NCBI GenBank assembly: GCA_964617975.1
Contig: CAZUAP010000001.1
Location: 1-39,558, forward strand
Direction: 5' to 3'
DNA: 39,558 nt
Source: an uncultured Acetatifactor sp.
GTDB taxonomy: Bacteria > Bacillota > Clostridia > Lachnospirales > Lachnospiraceae
In this document: piece by piece, positions 27,927-37,706 of the stretch
Layout: each line of letters starts with the position of its first letter
How positions within the stretch are numbered: the first letter of the stretch is position 1
Made by a program: the position numbers and the translations under genes
Notes under the pieces: model-generated
Databases searched by the model: none
Seen by the model: the letters and a program-made list of their open reading frames with translations, nothing else
What the model was told of the DNA's origin: nothing

Positions 27927-30900
27927 TTAGCGACCTCCTTCATTGATTACTTCATCGTAGGTTTCGGCATAACGTTCCACCCAGACCTTGGCGGGTACAT
28001 CATAAGGACGGAAATGAGTGTTTTTAACATCTCTGCCGATATCCATGTAAACAGCAGTTTTGCCACGAAGAGCTTTTGCTTCGCTTTCCGCAACAAGGAT
28101 GTCCATTGACTCCTCATCAAGGCCATATGCGATGCGCTTGTCAAACATAGAATCATAGCGATCCCCAAGCATCAGTTCGATACTACGAATACTCTCACCC
28201 CATACGATGCTGTTCACCCCATATTTGGGACCATTTGCAATGATTTTCTGGAGCATTTCAATCGGACTCAATTCTCCGCCACGGTCTTCCTCATAAATCC
28301 GTCCAGTTCGCAATCTTCTCGCACGATTGATGCCAAAGAACATCAGGAAGATTCTCTCGCTAGCAGGAAGTGTGCCCTCAGAACGCCCAAGAACTGTTTC
28401 ATACAAACTGGATATCAGTTCTTCAGCGTCTCCAACTTTGGCCACTTTAACCTGCTGAGGGAATTGAGACTCAAGGAAATCAAAGTCACACTCTCCATCA
28501 GCCAACTCATCAGCAAAGAGGTCTACAATATACACTAAGGCATTGGCCTTATCTGCATTTGTATGAAGTTCCTCATAAAGAACACTCATGGCAGAAAGCT
28601 CGAACAAACTAAGCGCCATCTTTTCATCTTTGCTGACAACCAGAAGATTATCCCGATCCTTTGTCCGGAGTTCCGGCATGAAGATGCTCTTCTTTCCAAA
28701 CCCTTGACCCAACAGCAACCCATATCCGTCTTTGGATGTTCCGAGAGGCTCAACGCTATCAGAACCCTCCAAAATCAACTTATTAAAACAGTTATGGATG
28801 TTATCTTCTGCATTTGTCAGAAGAACTCTAGTCTGCTGATCTTCATACAGCGGCGCGACATCAGGATCTGTGAAGTATGCATCCAGTCGAGTAAGAAGAT
28901 CCAATCGTTCGTCCTCATTAATGTAACTCACCTGGAAGAAGTTGTTGGCAGATTCAACACCGCCGCCACCATTATAGATTGCAGCACCGGCGGGCTGATT
29001 CTGAAGGGTACGGATTCCGGCGTTATCAGCATTCAGAATCGATGCCGCTCCATCTTCAGATCCTTTTACAGCAATACGAATAGCCATCTGGCTGAAGTAT
29101 GCTTCAAGTCCAGCACAGTTATGGAAATCCTGGCATGCAAGGATAACATGTATACCCATTGCACGACCCTGCATAACGAGCTTGTTTAGACAGGAGAGGC
29201 ATTCACTACTAATGGAGTCGCTCTCTCCTTTACTTCTGAAGAGTTCCTGAACCTCATCGAATATGAGCAGAAGTTTCGGAACCTTGGGAACGTCAGACAA
29301 CTTCACATAACCGTTGATATCGGATACACCATACCGCGTGAAATGCTTTGTTCTGGTTTCCAACTCAGTGCACAATTCCTTGAGAACATTTAAGCCGAAT
29401 TCGCGCTCACTATTAATCGCAACAACCCTAAGAGACGGCAAGCGATACCGAGTGTAGGCGCTGAATTCAACGCCCTCCTTGAAATCGAGCAGATACATCT
29501 GCACCTCATCTGGAGAATAGCTAATTAGCGTACTCATGATGAGCGTATGAAGTAGGGTGGACTTACCAGCACCAGTCTGGCCGGCAATCAAAGCGTGGTG
29601 CTCAGTGCTTCCGCCACCTCTTCCCAACACCATCTTCACGATGGTGTTTGCACCTTTGATACCGATAGGAATGGCAATTTCTTCGTGATTCCCGGTGAAC
29701 CAGTTATTGCTGTCGTAGATATCCTCTCGGTACATGCTATCAAAGTGTTCAACTTTGAGCTGCATATGCTCGATAACGCTGCTGATTAACGGTATAATCT
29801 TGTTCTTCCGTTCAATTACATCCTGCATATCATCAAGCTGCAAGAACAGACGATCCTTATCCGAACCAACAAGCATCAACCTTTTTCCTGATGCCTTCGT
29901 CTCAACAAGGCTTTGCGCAATTTCTGCAACAAGAGTCCCGTTTCTCTGCTTGAGTTTCTCAAGTTCCTCATCATTGGCACAGATGAGTACACAGACTCCC
30001 AAAGACGCGCTATTTCTTACAATTGCATGCAGATCCTTCAGTGCGGTATCATTAAAGCCTACAGGGAAATCGGTAATAGCCAGTGCTCTGATAACCTCTT
30101 TTTTCAGGCGGCTGATTTGATCTCCGCCGTAAGCCTGGGTCATATTTTCGAGACGTTGCCGCAAAGTAGCAATGGCATTCTCGATGTCTTTTTCTTTGCT
30201 CCAAATTTTAGTATCGATGATTCGAGCAGAATTTGGGCCCTCCGCGAGTTTCGGAATATCCGGAAAACTCGCTCCAAGCTCAAGCGGATCAATCATCGTC
30301 GCCTCAAGTTTTCCTGCTGGGAACGACATAAACAGCTTCATAAGCAGAGGCTGAATCAGTCCCTGAACATAGTTTCTCTCCGCAGGAGAATATCTCATCA
30401 AAAGCGAAATGCCATCTGAAAGTCTCTGCGAATAAGGAATTGTAACCACATATTCGCCAGATTGTTTTATACCAACATCGCTCGTTTGCAACTCCACAGC
30501 CTGAACAACCGCCATGTCATCCTGCGATTTATTAGGGATGATAAGACCAATATCACCCAACATCACATAATCCGGAACCTCGGACGGGCACTCGTAGTTA
30601 ACAGCGTTAAATCTGGATGATTTAATTTCTTGCTGATACGCATGAACCGTTGTTTTATTAAAGCCCTCGCTAATATCCGTTCGACGCGCATCGCAAATAT
30701 TTTTATGCTTGGCCTCAAATCGACGTTCAGCCTGAGTGTCACGATCAATTTGCTCTGTCCGCGCCTTGTCGAGCTTGTCATTTCTTGTTCGTTCTGACTC
30801 TGCAATCTGACAATTACAAAGTGTCCTATATGCCTGGACTTTCGAACTGATTGCAGCAGTAACCTCTCTCTGCTTACTTTCTACAGAGCTCATACCTCCA

Positions 30901-31484
30901 CGTGCCGCACCTATGGCACCATCAGCACCGCTTTTTGGCATGTTGTTGATGAGGTTATTACAAGCATTAACAACATTATTAACTGTGTTTCTTCTAGCCT
31001 CAGTATTCTTAATGTTGTTTTCGCATTCGCTCGTGTATTTCTGCCTTTCATCCTCGCACTGTTTCCTTGCGCTTGATGTTACAGAGTCGTAAATCTGCTG
31101 GCTACTGGTCTTTGCGTCCTCCCACTCTTTTCGAGCCCCTGTTAATTCCCCGCGAAAGGCATCAGTGTGGCTGCGCAAGGCAAACATAGCAGCCATAGCC
31201 TGCCCATGTCCGGCAGGAATGTTTTTCCAGTTGTTCCAAGGTTTCGCCACATCGTCTGCACTAACCTCCGGCTGTTTTGAAACGGATACGAAATCAAGCA
31301 AAATCCCTTGATCATCATTTTGCTTGACAACAACATCAACGATTGCACCCTGATCAACCGCTGCTTGTTCAGCTCCGTTCAAAACCCTGCCGATTACACC
31401 TTGCTCCAATTCAACAATCAGATTGCCTTGGTAGATGTTGATGATACGTCCGGAGCATTTTTTTCCTACACTGTAATCTCCCAT
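27927..31484 (-). CDS. FtsK/SpoIIIE (EssC/EccC-like) ATPase with N-terminal S1-like domain and coiled coil
   Basis: HALIAGQTGAGKS, YLLDFKEGVEF, IFDEVQELF, QGRAMGIHVILACQ. Degenerate flanking domains (MIDPLELG...SLGVCVL; NGPKYGVNSIVW). No TM helix seen. Confidence 0.9.
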   Translation of the reverse strand: MGDYSVGKKCSGRIINIYQGNLIVELEQGVIGRVLNGAEQAAVDQGAIVDVVVKQNDDQGILLDFVSVSKQPEVSADDVAKPWNNWKNIPAGHGQAMAAMFALRSHTDAFRGELTGARKEWEDAKTSSQQIYDSVTSSARKQCEDERQKYTSECENNIKNTEARRNTVNNVVNACNNLINNMPKSGADGAIGAARGGMSSVESKQREVTAAISSKVQAYRTLCNCQIAESERTRNDKLDKARTEQIDRDTQAERRFEAKHKNICDARRTDISEGFNKTTVHAYQQEIKSSRFNAVNYECPSEVPDYVMLGDIGLIIPNKSQDDMAVVQAVELQTSDVGIKQSGEYVVTIPYSQRLSDGISLLMRYSPAERNYVQGLIQPLLMKLFMSFPAGKLEATMIDPLELGASFPDIPKLAEGPNSARIIDTKIWSKEKDIENAIATLRQRLENMTQAYGGDQISRLKKEVIRALAITDFPVGFNDTALKDLHAIVRNSASLGVCVLICANDEELEKLKQRNGTLVAEIAQSLVETKASGKRLMLVGSDKDRLFLQLDDMQDVIERKNKIIPLISSVIEHMQLKVEHFDSMYREDIYDSNNWFTGNHEEIAIPIGIKGANTIVKMVLGRGGGSTEHHALIAGQTGAGKSTLLHTLIMSTLISYSPDEVQMYLLDFKEGVEFSAYTRYRLPSLRVVAINSEREFGLNVLKELCTELETRTKHFTRYGVSDINGYVKLSDVPKVPKLLLIFDEVQELFRSKGESDSISSECLSCLNKLVMQGRAMGIHVILACQDFHNCAGLEAYFSQMAIRIAVKGSEDGAASILNADNAGIRTLQNQPAGAAIYNGGGGVESANNFFQVSYINEDERLDLLTRLDAYFTDPDVAPLYEDQQTRVLLTNAEDNIHNCFNKLILEGSDSVEPLGTSKDGYGLLLGQGFGKKSIFMPELRTKDRDNLLVVSKDEKMALSLFELSAMSVLYEELHTNADKANALVYIVDLFADELADGECDFDFLESQFPQQVKVAKVGDAEELISSLYETVLGRSEGTLPASERIFLMFFGINRARRLRTGRIYEEDRGGELSPIEMLQKIIANGPKYGVNSIVWGESIRSIELMLGDRYDSMFDKRIAYGLDEESMDILVAESEAKALRGKTAVYMDIGRDVKNTHFRPYDVPAKVWVERYAETYDEVINEGGR

Positions 31485-31548
31485 TTGCTCTATTGCACCT
31501 CCTGTAAATAATGACCTTGATAAGTTTTGTTGACATTACGCTTCTTTT

Positions 31549-31767
31549 TCATCCGCTTTCATCTATCTGCTGCATGGCTTCCTCCGGTGTTGACATCCTG
31601 ATATTACCCTCGTTGTCCTCTAAAATAAGAAGAGGCAATCCAACAAAAGACATTTCCCCGTCAGCGAATATAGGTTCGTAGCATTTAAAGCCACGCCACT
31701 CACAAAGGTACTCCGCCGTTTCATAGCCTTGGCTCTTTGCAAATTTATCTATTGATGCTTGTACCAT
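31549..31767 (-). CDS. Candidate cognate immunity protein
   Basis: 72-aa acidic ORF overlapping the toxin 3' end. RBS AAGGAG. Confidence 0.65.
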   Translation of the reverse strand: MVQASIDKFAKSQGYETAEYLCEWRGFKCYEPIFADGEMSFVGLPLLILEDNEGNIRMSTPEEAMQQIDESG

Positions 31768-33595
31768 TGTCTACTCCTTTCATAATGTGATTTACCACGC
31801 TAAAATCAAAATCCATATTGTCTATGCGTAACAACTGGGGGACACAAGGAGTCGTTCCGCCGAACAGTGAAGTGTCTTCATACTTGACTCTGGACAAATA
31901 ATCCAGGACAGCAAAATCTCCAATCCATTCACTTTTTTCTCCTGGTCCTCGTTGGTTATCCTTGATTCTTAGGAGTCCGTTTGGTGCCCTGTCAATATTT
32001 ACTATATGACCACTATGTCCACGCCCTTTCCACGCAAACTGGATAGTGTATCGATTTCCAGGCTTTACAACTTCATTTACAAAATCCAAGTAGTCTTCTG
32101 GTGTCCGTCGGTTGTTATCGTAAATATAGTCGGGATGTTTTCCCGTTTTAGGATCAATCCACGCCATTCTGGGATCGTGGGATAGTCGTTCGAGTGCCGA
32201 TCCTTTAGTACATGGCAACACCTGGACATTGTATCCTCTTTCACGAGCCTCGAAAGTAACTACACAAGATTGACAGTTGATCGAATAGCTATAATCCTTT
32301 CCATAGTTGGGATTTACATGGCCAGAATCAGCCTGTTCAAATGTCATGTTTTCACCAGGGGATACATTTGCTATTGGCGGGCGACGATTATTAATTTTTT
32401 CAATTAACTCATCATAATTTGGATCAGTATACAATCCGTTTGGCTGCCCCTGTATATCCTTCTCCAATTCTGCTGAGTAGTGTTTTCGTAATTCACTTAT
32501 CGTTGCATCTAGTGCTGAAATTGAAACCACACCACGATCCAACAAATTATCTCTGTATACTTCAAGAATGTTATTGATGTATCGTTCACCCATCTGTCGC
32601 TTTTCTACAGGCGAAAGTTTTAGGACTTTGACATGCTCTTTTATTGCCTCTGCCTCTACTTGATTAGAGTAATTCTGTGCAACGGCCATCAGCTGGCTTC
32701 TTAACATGTTTAGTTCTGAAATCTTTTGCTCAGCAGACAAGACACTAGATTCCACTATTCGATTCACCAAGGTATCATATGCTTCCTGTAATGTTTCGCT
32801 TTTAGGAAACCCAATGCCAAGAGCACCTTGTGCTGTAGCGGCGGAAAGCGAATCAATTTGACCAACATTTTGATCACTTGCGGTACGCAACATTAACCCA
32901 GCATCTTCATTTGATATCTCTCCCATAGCTAAGGCAGATGCCAGTCCTCCACCTATCGGTGTTGTTATTCCGCCACCAGATGTCAATCCCTCTGAACCAC
33001 CACCTTGATAGCTTTGTACTTGCCCCGCAGTATCTAGTGTTGCAAATCCGCCACCTCTCCAGCCAGAATCATTTCCGCCCTCACTTCCAACAGCAACATG
33101 GTCGGGAGTGGCATCAATCCCCATGCTGCGAAGAAGTGCCACTCTTGCATCTTCAGCCTCGTTTAAGCGTTGAGCCATACCCTCAGTGAGTGCAGCAGAG
33201 TCTGCACCAAATGCTCCTGCCCTTAGTCTGCGCAACTTCTCCAAGTTGGATCTTTCGACCTGGTTGTGCCTTTCTATCTCTTGAACATGGGCGCTTTTCT
33301 GCTGCCTGACACGATCCGCATCTCCACGAGCGGATGACAACGCTCGTTGACTAGCCGCCAGCTGGTTCTCAGCCATACTCAGCTGTGCTCTGGCCTGCTC
33401 CACATCACCTACTGGGTTTCCTTCTTCGTCAGTCTCGCTGGCGGCAGCAAGCTGCCTTCTAGCTGCGGCAACTCTACTATTGGACGAAGCTACTCTAGCT
33501 TGACAACTTTGTACCTTTTGATCGGCCTCTTTGCCTTGCTCGATGAGTGCCTCGGCTTTTTTTCCAATTTCTTTAAAACTTTTAGCCATTACCAC
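31745..33595 (-). CDS. Polymorphic toxin: helical N-terminus, Gly-rich linker, C-terminal papain-fold (Gln deamidase/Tox-PL-like) domain
   Basis: NPNY...INCQSCVVTFEARERGYNV, WKGRGHSGHIVN and KDNQ give a C441/H530/D546 triad. Alternative ATG start at 33589. Confidence 0.8.
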   Translation of the reverse strand: MVMAKSFKEIGKKAEALIEQGKEADQKVQSCQARVASSNSRVAAARRQLAAASETDEEGNPVGDVEQARAQLSMAENQLAASQRALSSARGDADRVRQQKSAHVQEIERHNQVERSNLEKLRRLRAGAFGADSAALTEGMAQRLNEAEDARVALLRSMGIDATPDHVAVGSEGGNDSGWRGGGFATLDTAGQVQSYQGGGSEGLTSGGGITTPIGGGLASALAMGEISNEDAGLMLRTASDQNVGQIDSLSAATAQGALGIGFPKSETLQEAYDTLVNRIVESSVLSAEQKISELNMLRSQLMAVAQNYSNQVEAEAIKEHVKVLKLSPVEKRQMGERYINNILEVYRDNLLDRGVVSISALDATISELRKHYSAELEKDIQGQPNGLYTDPNYDELIEKINNRRPPIANVSPGENMTFEQADSGHVNPNYGKDYSYSINCQSCVVTFEARERGYNVQVLPCTKGSALERLSHDPRMAWIDPKTGKHPDYIYDNNRRTPEDYLDFVNEVVKPGNRYTIQFAWKGRGHSGHIVNIDRAPNGLLRIKDNQRGPGEKSEWIGDFAVLDYLSRVKYEDTSLFGGTTPCVPQLLRIDNMDFDFSVVNHIMKGVDNGTSINR

Positions 33596-33619
33596 AGTCT
33601 CCTAAACTCAAACGGATTA

Positions 33620-34111
33620 TCAGCCAAATATTCCGCTTAAGTTGCTTTTTAGTGATTCTATCTGTTGTTTTGTCTCATCAACAACGCCTTCCGCATCCGA
33701 AATGATACCTTCATATTCTCCGGCGCTCCCTTCCAATTTGGAACGTCCAGCCTCGGCTGCATCGCGTCCAATGTCAGAAATACCACCGGCTTGTTCTAGT
33801 TTGCTGATACCAGACCTGACATTTTCCAACTCGCCCTCAGTGGTCTCTCTGATTTGCTCTCCTTGTTGCTCTATCTCTTGCCCAGCTGACTCCACCTGCT
33901 CGCTAAACGCACTGTCAAAGCTACTTTGATAGGAACGTCCGGTTTCACTGATTGCCTGAACATCCTCTTCATCTTGCAGTTCAATGCTCTCAAGAACAGC
34001 GTTAATCTGATCGGCCTGTTCTGTCATTTCAGATCCAAGTTCAGTAGTCTCTCGACTATTCTCCTGCATCTCTTTTACACCCTCACGGTTTTTTTCTCTG
34101 AAACTTCCCAT
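33620..34111 (-). CDS. Acidic all-helical protein, candidate toxin partner or secretion substrate
   Basis: 163 aa from MGSFREK (RBS AAAGGAG). E/Q/S-rich amphipathic helices. No WxG motif. Confidence 0.8.
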   Translation of the reverse strand: MGSFREKNREGVKEMQENSRETTELGSEMTEQADQINAVLESIELQDEEDVQAISETGRSYQSSFDSAFSEQVESAGQEIEQQGEQIRETTEGELENVRSGISKLEQAGGISDIGRDAAEAGRSKLEGSAGEYEGIISDAEGVVDETKQQIESLKSNLSGIFG

Positions 34112-34124
34112 AAGTAGTCTCCTT

Positions 34125-37064
34125 TCAGTTTTGTTTAAATGCTTCAACACCATGCATCTTGATATAGGTGCTAAGATCCTCGTTTAACTCTTTGGACAGC
34201 AACGATAGTTTCTCGATCTCTTTATCGATTTTCTTAATATCTTTAGTTGTCCCTACCGCTTGAATCAGACTTTTGTAAAGCTGTAATGTCCGGTCGCACA
34301 TTTGTGTTTGCAACAAAGTTATCTTTATTAGTTCGGATTCTGGAGCACCGAATCGTGTCCATCGTCCATTTTTAAGTCTCTCAAGTGCAAAGATCCAATT
34401 GCCTACGGTGTTTATAATATCTAAAGCTTCGTGAATCTTTGATTTGTCCGCAAGCAGACTTTCCCGACTGGATTGAAGCGCTTCAAGTTGATCGTACCTC
34501 ACCTGTTTATCTTCATCATTAAGCTGCACTTTTCCAAGTTCCACTCGTTCCAAATAAGAGTACAGTTTATTGATTTTTTCAGCTTGTGCTGCAACTGAGT
34601 TCAGCCAGTACTCACATGGCGCGATTCTGCTTTCTATGTCAGACAGCAGATGGAAGTATTTACTTCCTATAATTTTAATACTCTTGAGGTTCTCATCCTG
34701 ATATGTATCTCGATCAGCAAGGGCATACCTTAAATCTGCATCGTTCTTTGAAGATACCATTGCTTCTTTCTCAGCCTGGTTCTCTATCTCGCCCCACCAT
34801 TCTTTGATTCTCATGGTAAAGGGGCGCATCAGTTTCTCATAAAAAATCAGAGCTTCGCCCACGGCAAATGTTGACATCTGTTCAAGCTGCATTGCGCTTG
34901 CTGCCATAGTGCTTCCCAAAAGCGATCTGTCATCTGCAGATGTGATTCTCAAGCCAATCTTAAGACCAGTATTTTTTAATACTTCCTGTGCCATCACCGT
35001 GGGTAGCTGGTCTGCAATTACGATTCCTTCCTTCAAAGCTCGTACTTCGGCAAGCATCTTTACAACAAATGCTGTAGCTGCTTGCTTTGGATCTGCATCT
35101 GCACCTGTTTGTTCTTCTGATTCTGGTCCAATTAAGTTGTGTGCTTCTTCTATAAAAATAACGTGTCTTACATCACCCTCAAAACGGGGATTAACTTTCA
35201 ACGTCTCTCTGATAAGTGAGCAGAGCATCAGCGTCAAGAAATTTGCAGGGCCAGTGCCCATAGATTCAAGCTCAATAACAGCCGGCACTTCAAGCCATTT
35301 CTCAGGTGCGAAAGATGATTCGGGAACATCAAATACATCCCCCATTTCTCTTCGCAGAAGACTACCGATTCTCACCTTAAGCGCCGACTCAAGGTTTCCT
35401 CTGACCTCATCACTATATTGTGTTGATTTCAACTCCTGTTCCAAGCGCCGATAAAGCATAGACATAGTCGGCAAAGCACGTTTTTTGTCACTATCCTCTT
35501 GCTTCTCATCTCCGGTGTAAACATGCTCTGGAATCCAGCCAAGTTCTCTGTAAACAGCTTCGATTGCTGTATCAAGCAAGAATGGCATAGGCGGTTCCAA
35601 AGGAAATGCACCCTCAAACACAGAGCACAATCTCCTAATATGCTCTGCAACAAGAGTCCCCTTTGGCATCTCAAAAGGATTTATATGCAACGGAAAACTC
35701 ATGTCTGCATTCGGAGAGAACAGATACATATCCTTCATACCTGGGTCATTAGCCAGTGCACGATATTCCTGCTTTGCCGGTTCTAAGACAAGGAAGGGAA
35801 TTCCGTGGTCTTTCCAAAGCGATGAAGTGATATGATGCATTGTGTTGGTTTTACCTGATCCAGGTACACCGGAAACAAATGCATGTTTTGGTAAAAGCGA
35901 GAGCGGGAAGAATACATCATACCCATTATTGTCTTTTCCCAAAAACAAAGAGCCATTCTTGTCAACAGCTGCGGGAGCTGTTTCCTTTGCCATCTGAATA
36001 ATCTCGCCATCATACAAGGCTGGCAAACGGAAAAATGGTGCTATCTCCTCTAGCGAAAAGAGAGTTGGTAAATAATTCAGATTAATCGTAGCAGTGTCTT
36101 CTCTGCAAACAATTAATCCTGGACGTCCTTTCTTAACCACCATTCTTTCCCTCATATTTTCCAGACCATCAAACTCACCGTCCAGAAAGCAAACAGGATC
36201 AAAGTTGGAAGAAAAAGTGGCTATGTTATATTTACCTTTCAAAAGGCTCTCAGAGCCTACCGCATCAAGTATTGAAACTGCGTCCTCTTTCCCATTGGCA
36301 AGCACCAGCACATTAGCAATGAAATGAGGAGATGAGTCATACTTCTCAATCAAGTCCTCATAACTATCCAATACATCTTTACCGTCGTAATCTCGCTTTG
36401 AACTACCGCTTCTATCATCCTGTCTTTTCCGCAGAATGCTCATAGGTTTTCTTAACGATTCTCTTAAGGAAACACTCTTTTCAACAGGGTATAGGTCAAC
36501 ACGATACAATGCAGTATGATTTAATGCCTCCATCATCTTGCACATATTATATAGGCGACCATCTTCATTCATTTCCCATTCGCGCAACATATAATAGTCT
36601 TCACCCTCGCCGTTTCCTGCGGGGAGGAGTGTTTCTGTTTTTGTAAGCAATGCGCAAGTGTTGAAAATCGGTGAGTCTATTCCACTTCCAGCTAAAACAT
36701 TATTGATATTACAAGAATCATTTCCTGTCCGGCTGTGCTTAATCTTGGATTCCAACTTATAAAAATCCGATAATGGGGATGCGTTTATCAAAGCCGGTAC
36801 ATTATCCATAGCATCGGCCTTACCCCGTATCATCAAGTATATTTGCAATCTATGTCCAGGAGTGTCCTTTGTTTTGTCTTCCGGAGCAACATACAAGTAA
36901 AACAGATGGTATGACAAACCAGAGACAATACCTTTCCGGTTTAATTGCCTCAAAAAAGCTATATGCTTTTCAATAACTCCATCGACACCGTTTCCTTCAA
37001 GAGAAGCATATTTATTTAGCGTCAAATCAGGAAGCTGCGTCAGTCTATACCATAATTCTGCCAT
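34125..37064 (-). CDS. HerA/DUF87-like (FtsK-HerA superfamily) ATPase
   Basis: HAFVSGVPGSGKT, LVLEPAKQEY, LHINPF, IFIEEAHN, EVRALKEGIVIADQLP. C-terminal coiled coil. Confidence 0.9.
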   Translation of the reverse strand: MAELWYRLTQLPDLTLNKYASLEGNGVDGVIEKHIAFLRQLNRKGIVSGLSYHLFYLYVAPEDKTKDTPGHRLQIYLMIRGKADAMDNVPALINASPLSDFYKLESKIKHSRTGNDSCNINNVLAGSGIDSPIFNTCALLTKTETLLPAGNGEGEDYYMLREWEMNEDGRLYNMCKMMEALNHTALYRVDLYPVEKSVSLRESLRKPMSILRKRQDDRSGSSKRDYDGKDVLDSYEDLIEKYDSSPHFIANVLVLANGKEDAVSILDAVGSESLLKGKYNIATFSSNFDPVCFLDGEFDGLENMRERMVVKKGRPGLIVCREDTATINLNYLPTLFSLEEIAPFFRLPALYDGEIIQMAKETAPAAVDKNGSLFLGKDNNGYDVFFPLSLLPKHAFVSGVPGSGKTNTMHHITSSLWKDHGIPFLVLEPAKQEYRALANDPGMKDMYLFSPNADMSFPLHINPFEMPKGTLVAEHIRRLCSVFEGAFPLEPPMPFLLDTAIEAVYRELGWIPEHVYTGDEKQEDSDKKRALPTMSMLYRRLEQELKSTQYSDEVRGNLESALKVRIGSLLRREMGDVFDVPESSFAPEKWLEVPAVIELESMGTGPANFLTLMLCSLIRETLKVNPRFEGDVRHVIFIEEAHNLIGPESEEQTGADADPKQAATAFVVKMLAEVRALKEGIVIADQLPTVMAQEVLKNTGLKIGLRITSADDRSLLGSTMAASAMQLEQMSTFAVGEALIFYEKLMRPFTMRIKEWWGEIENQAEKEAMVSSKNDADLRYALADRDTYQDENLKSIKIIGSKYFHLLSDIESRIAPCEYWLNSVAAQAEKINKLYSYLERVELGKVQLNDEDKQVRYDQLEALQSSRESLLADKSKIHEALDIINTVGNWIFALERLKNGRWTRFGAPESELIKITLLQTQMCDRTLQLYKSLIQAVGTTKDIKKIDKEIEKLSLLSKELNEDLSTYIKMHGVEAFKQN

Positions 37065-37083
37065 AACTGCACCTCACACGTGT

Positions 37084-37389
37084 CTATTTACCATCTATTT
37101 CATCTGATGATTCCATGATCATCTCTATACCTTCTGACAGCCCATTTATTTCACCTATCATCTTTTTGGTGCTCTCATTGTTTTGAAAGTACGCAATTAA
37201 CGCAAGAAATGTTGTCCAGGACATTTCTCGCTTTCCTGTCTCAATAGAACTATATGTTTGGCGAGATATACCTATTTTTTCAGCAATATCTTCTTGCGAG
37301 ATGCGTGCTTTGGCTCTCAAAACCGGCAACTCTTTTCTAAGCAACTCAACAATCGTATTTCTAAGGTAGATACTGTTCTCGATACTCAA
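37084..37389 (-). CDS. XRE-family HTH transcriptional regulator
   Basis: LRAKARISQEDIAEKIGISRQTYSSIETGKR. TTG start behind GGAGGT; alternative ATG at 37407. Confidence 0.92.
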   Translation of the reverse strand: MSIENSIYLRNTIVELLRKELPVLRAKARISQEDIAEKIGISRQTYSSIETGKREMSWTTFLALIAYFQNNESTKKMIGEINGLSEGIEMIMESSDEIDGK

Positions 37390-37526
37390 TTTAATACCTC
37401 CTAGCATTTCGATTTACACAGACATTATTTTTCTCGCCTACAATACCAACAGATAAAGTGCTGTTTGACTGATAGCCTTTTCCTGATAAATCGTCTCAAA
37501 CCACTCCCTCTGGGCACTTGTTTTCC

Positions 37527-37546
37527 TAGAGTGCTTTACTCTACGA
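37527..37546. repeat. Left inverted repeat / tyrosine-recombinase core-type site
   Basis: TAGAGTGCTTTACTCTACGA is the exact reverse complement of 38894-38913. Confidence 0.9.
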
Positions 37547-37570
37547 GCTACTTCGACCGATTACCCTTTT

Positions 37571-37599
37571 ATTATACACATTGTCGCGCTGTTTGTCAA
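37571..37599 (-). promoter_or_regulatory. Consensus sigma-A promoter inside the invertible segment, pointing into the operon
   Basis: Minus strand TTGACA (37599-37594), 17 bp, TATAAT (37576-37571). Confidence 0.9.
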
Positions 37600-37706
37600 G
37601 ATGTCGCTGGTTTCGACTTTGTAAATTATTTCACAAGTCCTTTGTATAATGTTACTAAAGGCTGCCTCCCTTTCGTCACTATAGTTCTCGGAAGGAGGTG
37701 AGAACC

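Noticed and set aside
27927-34111. Canonical type VII secretion locus (essC/esxA)
   Set aside because: No WxG motif, no EsaA/EssA/EssB, and no TM or FHA domain in the ATPase; kept only as an analogy.
37619-37650. Plus-strand promoter for the recombinase (TATAAT at 37645-37650)
   Set aside because: Plausible, but no properly spaced -35 or extended -10 is seen, so it is not listed as a feature.
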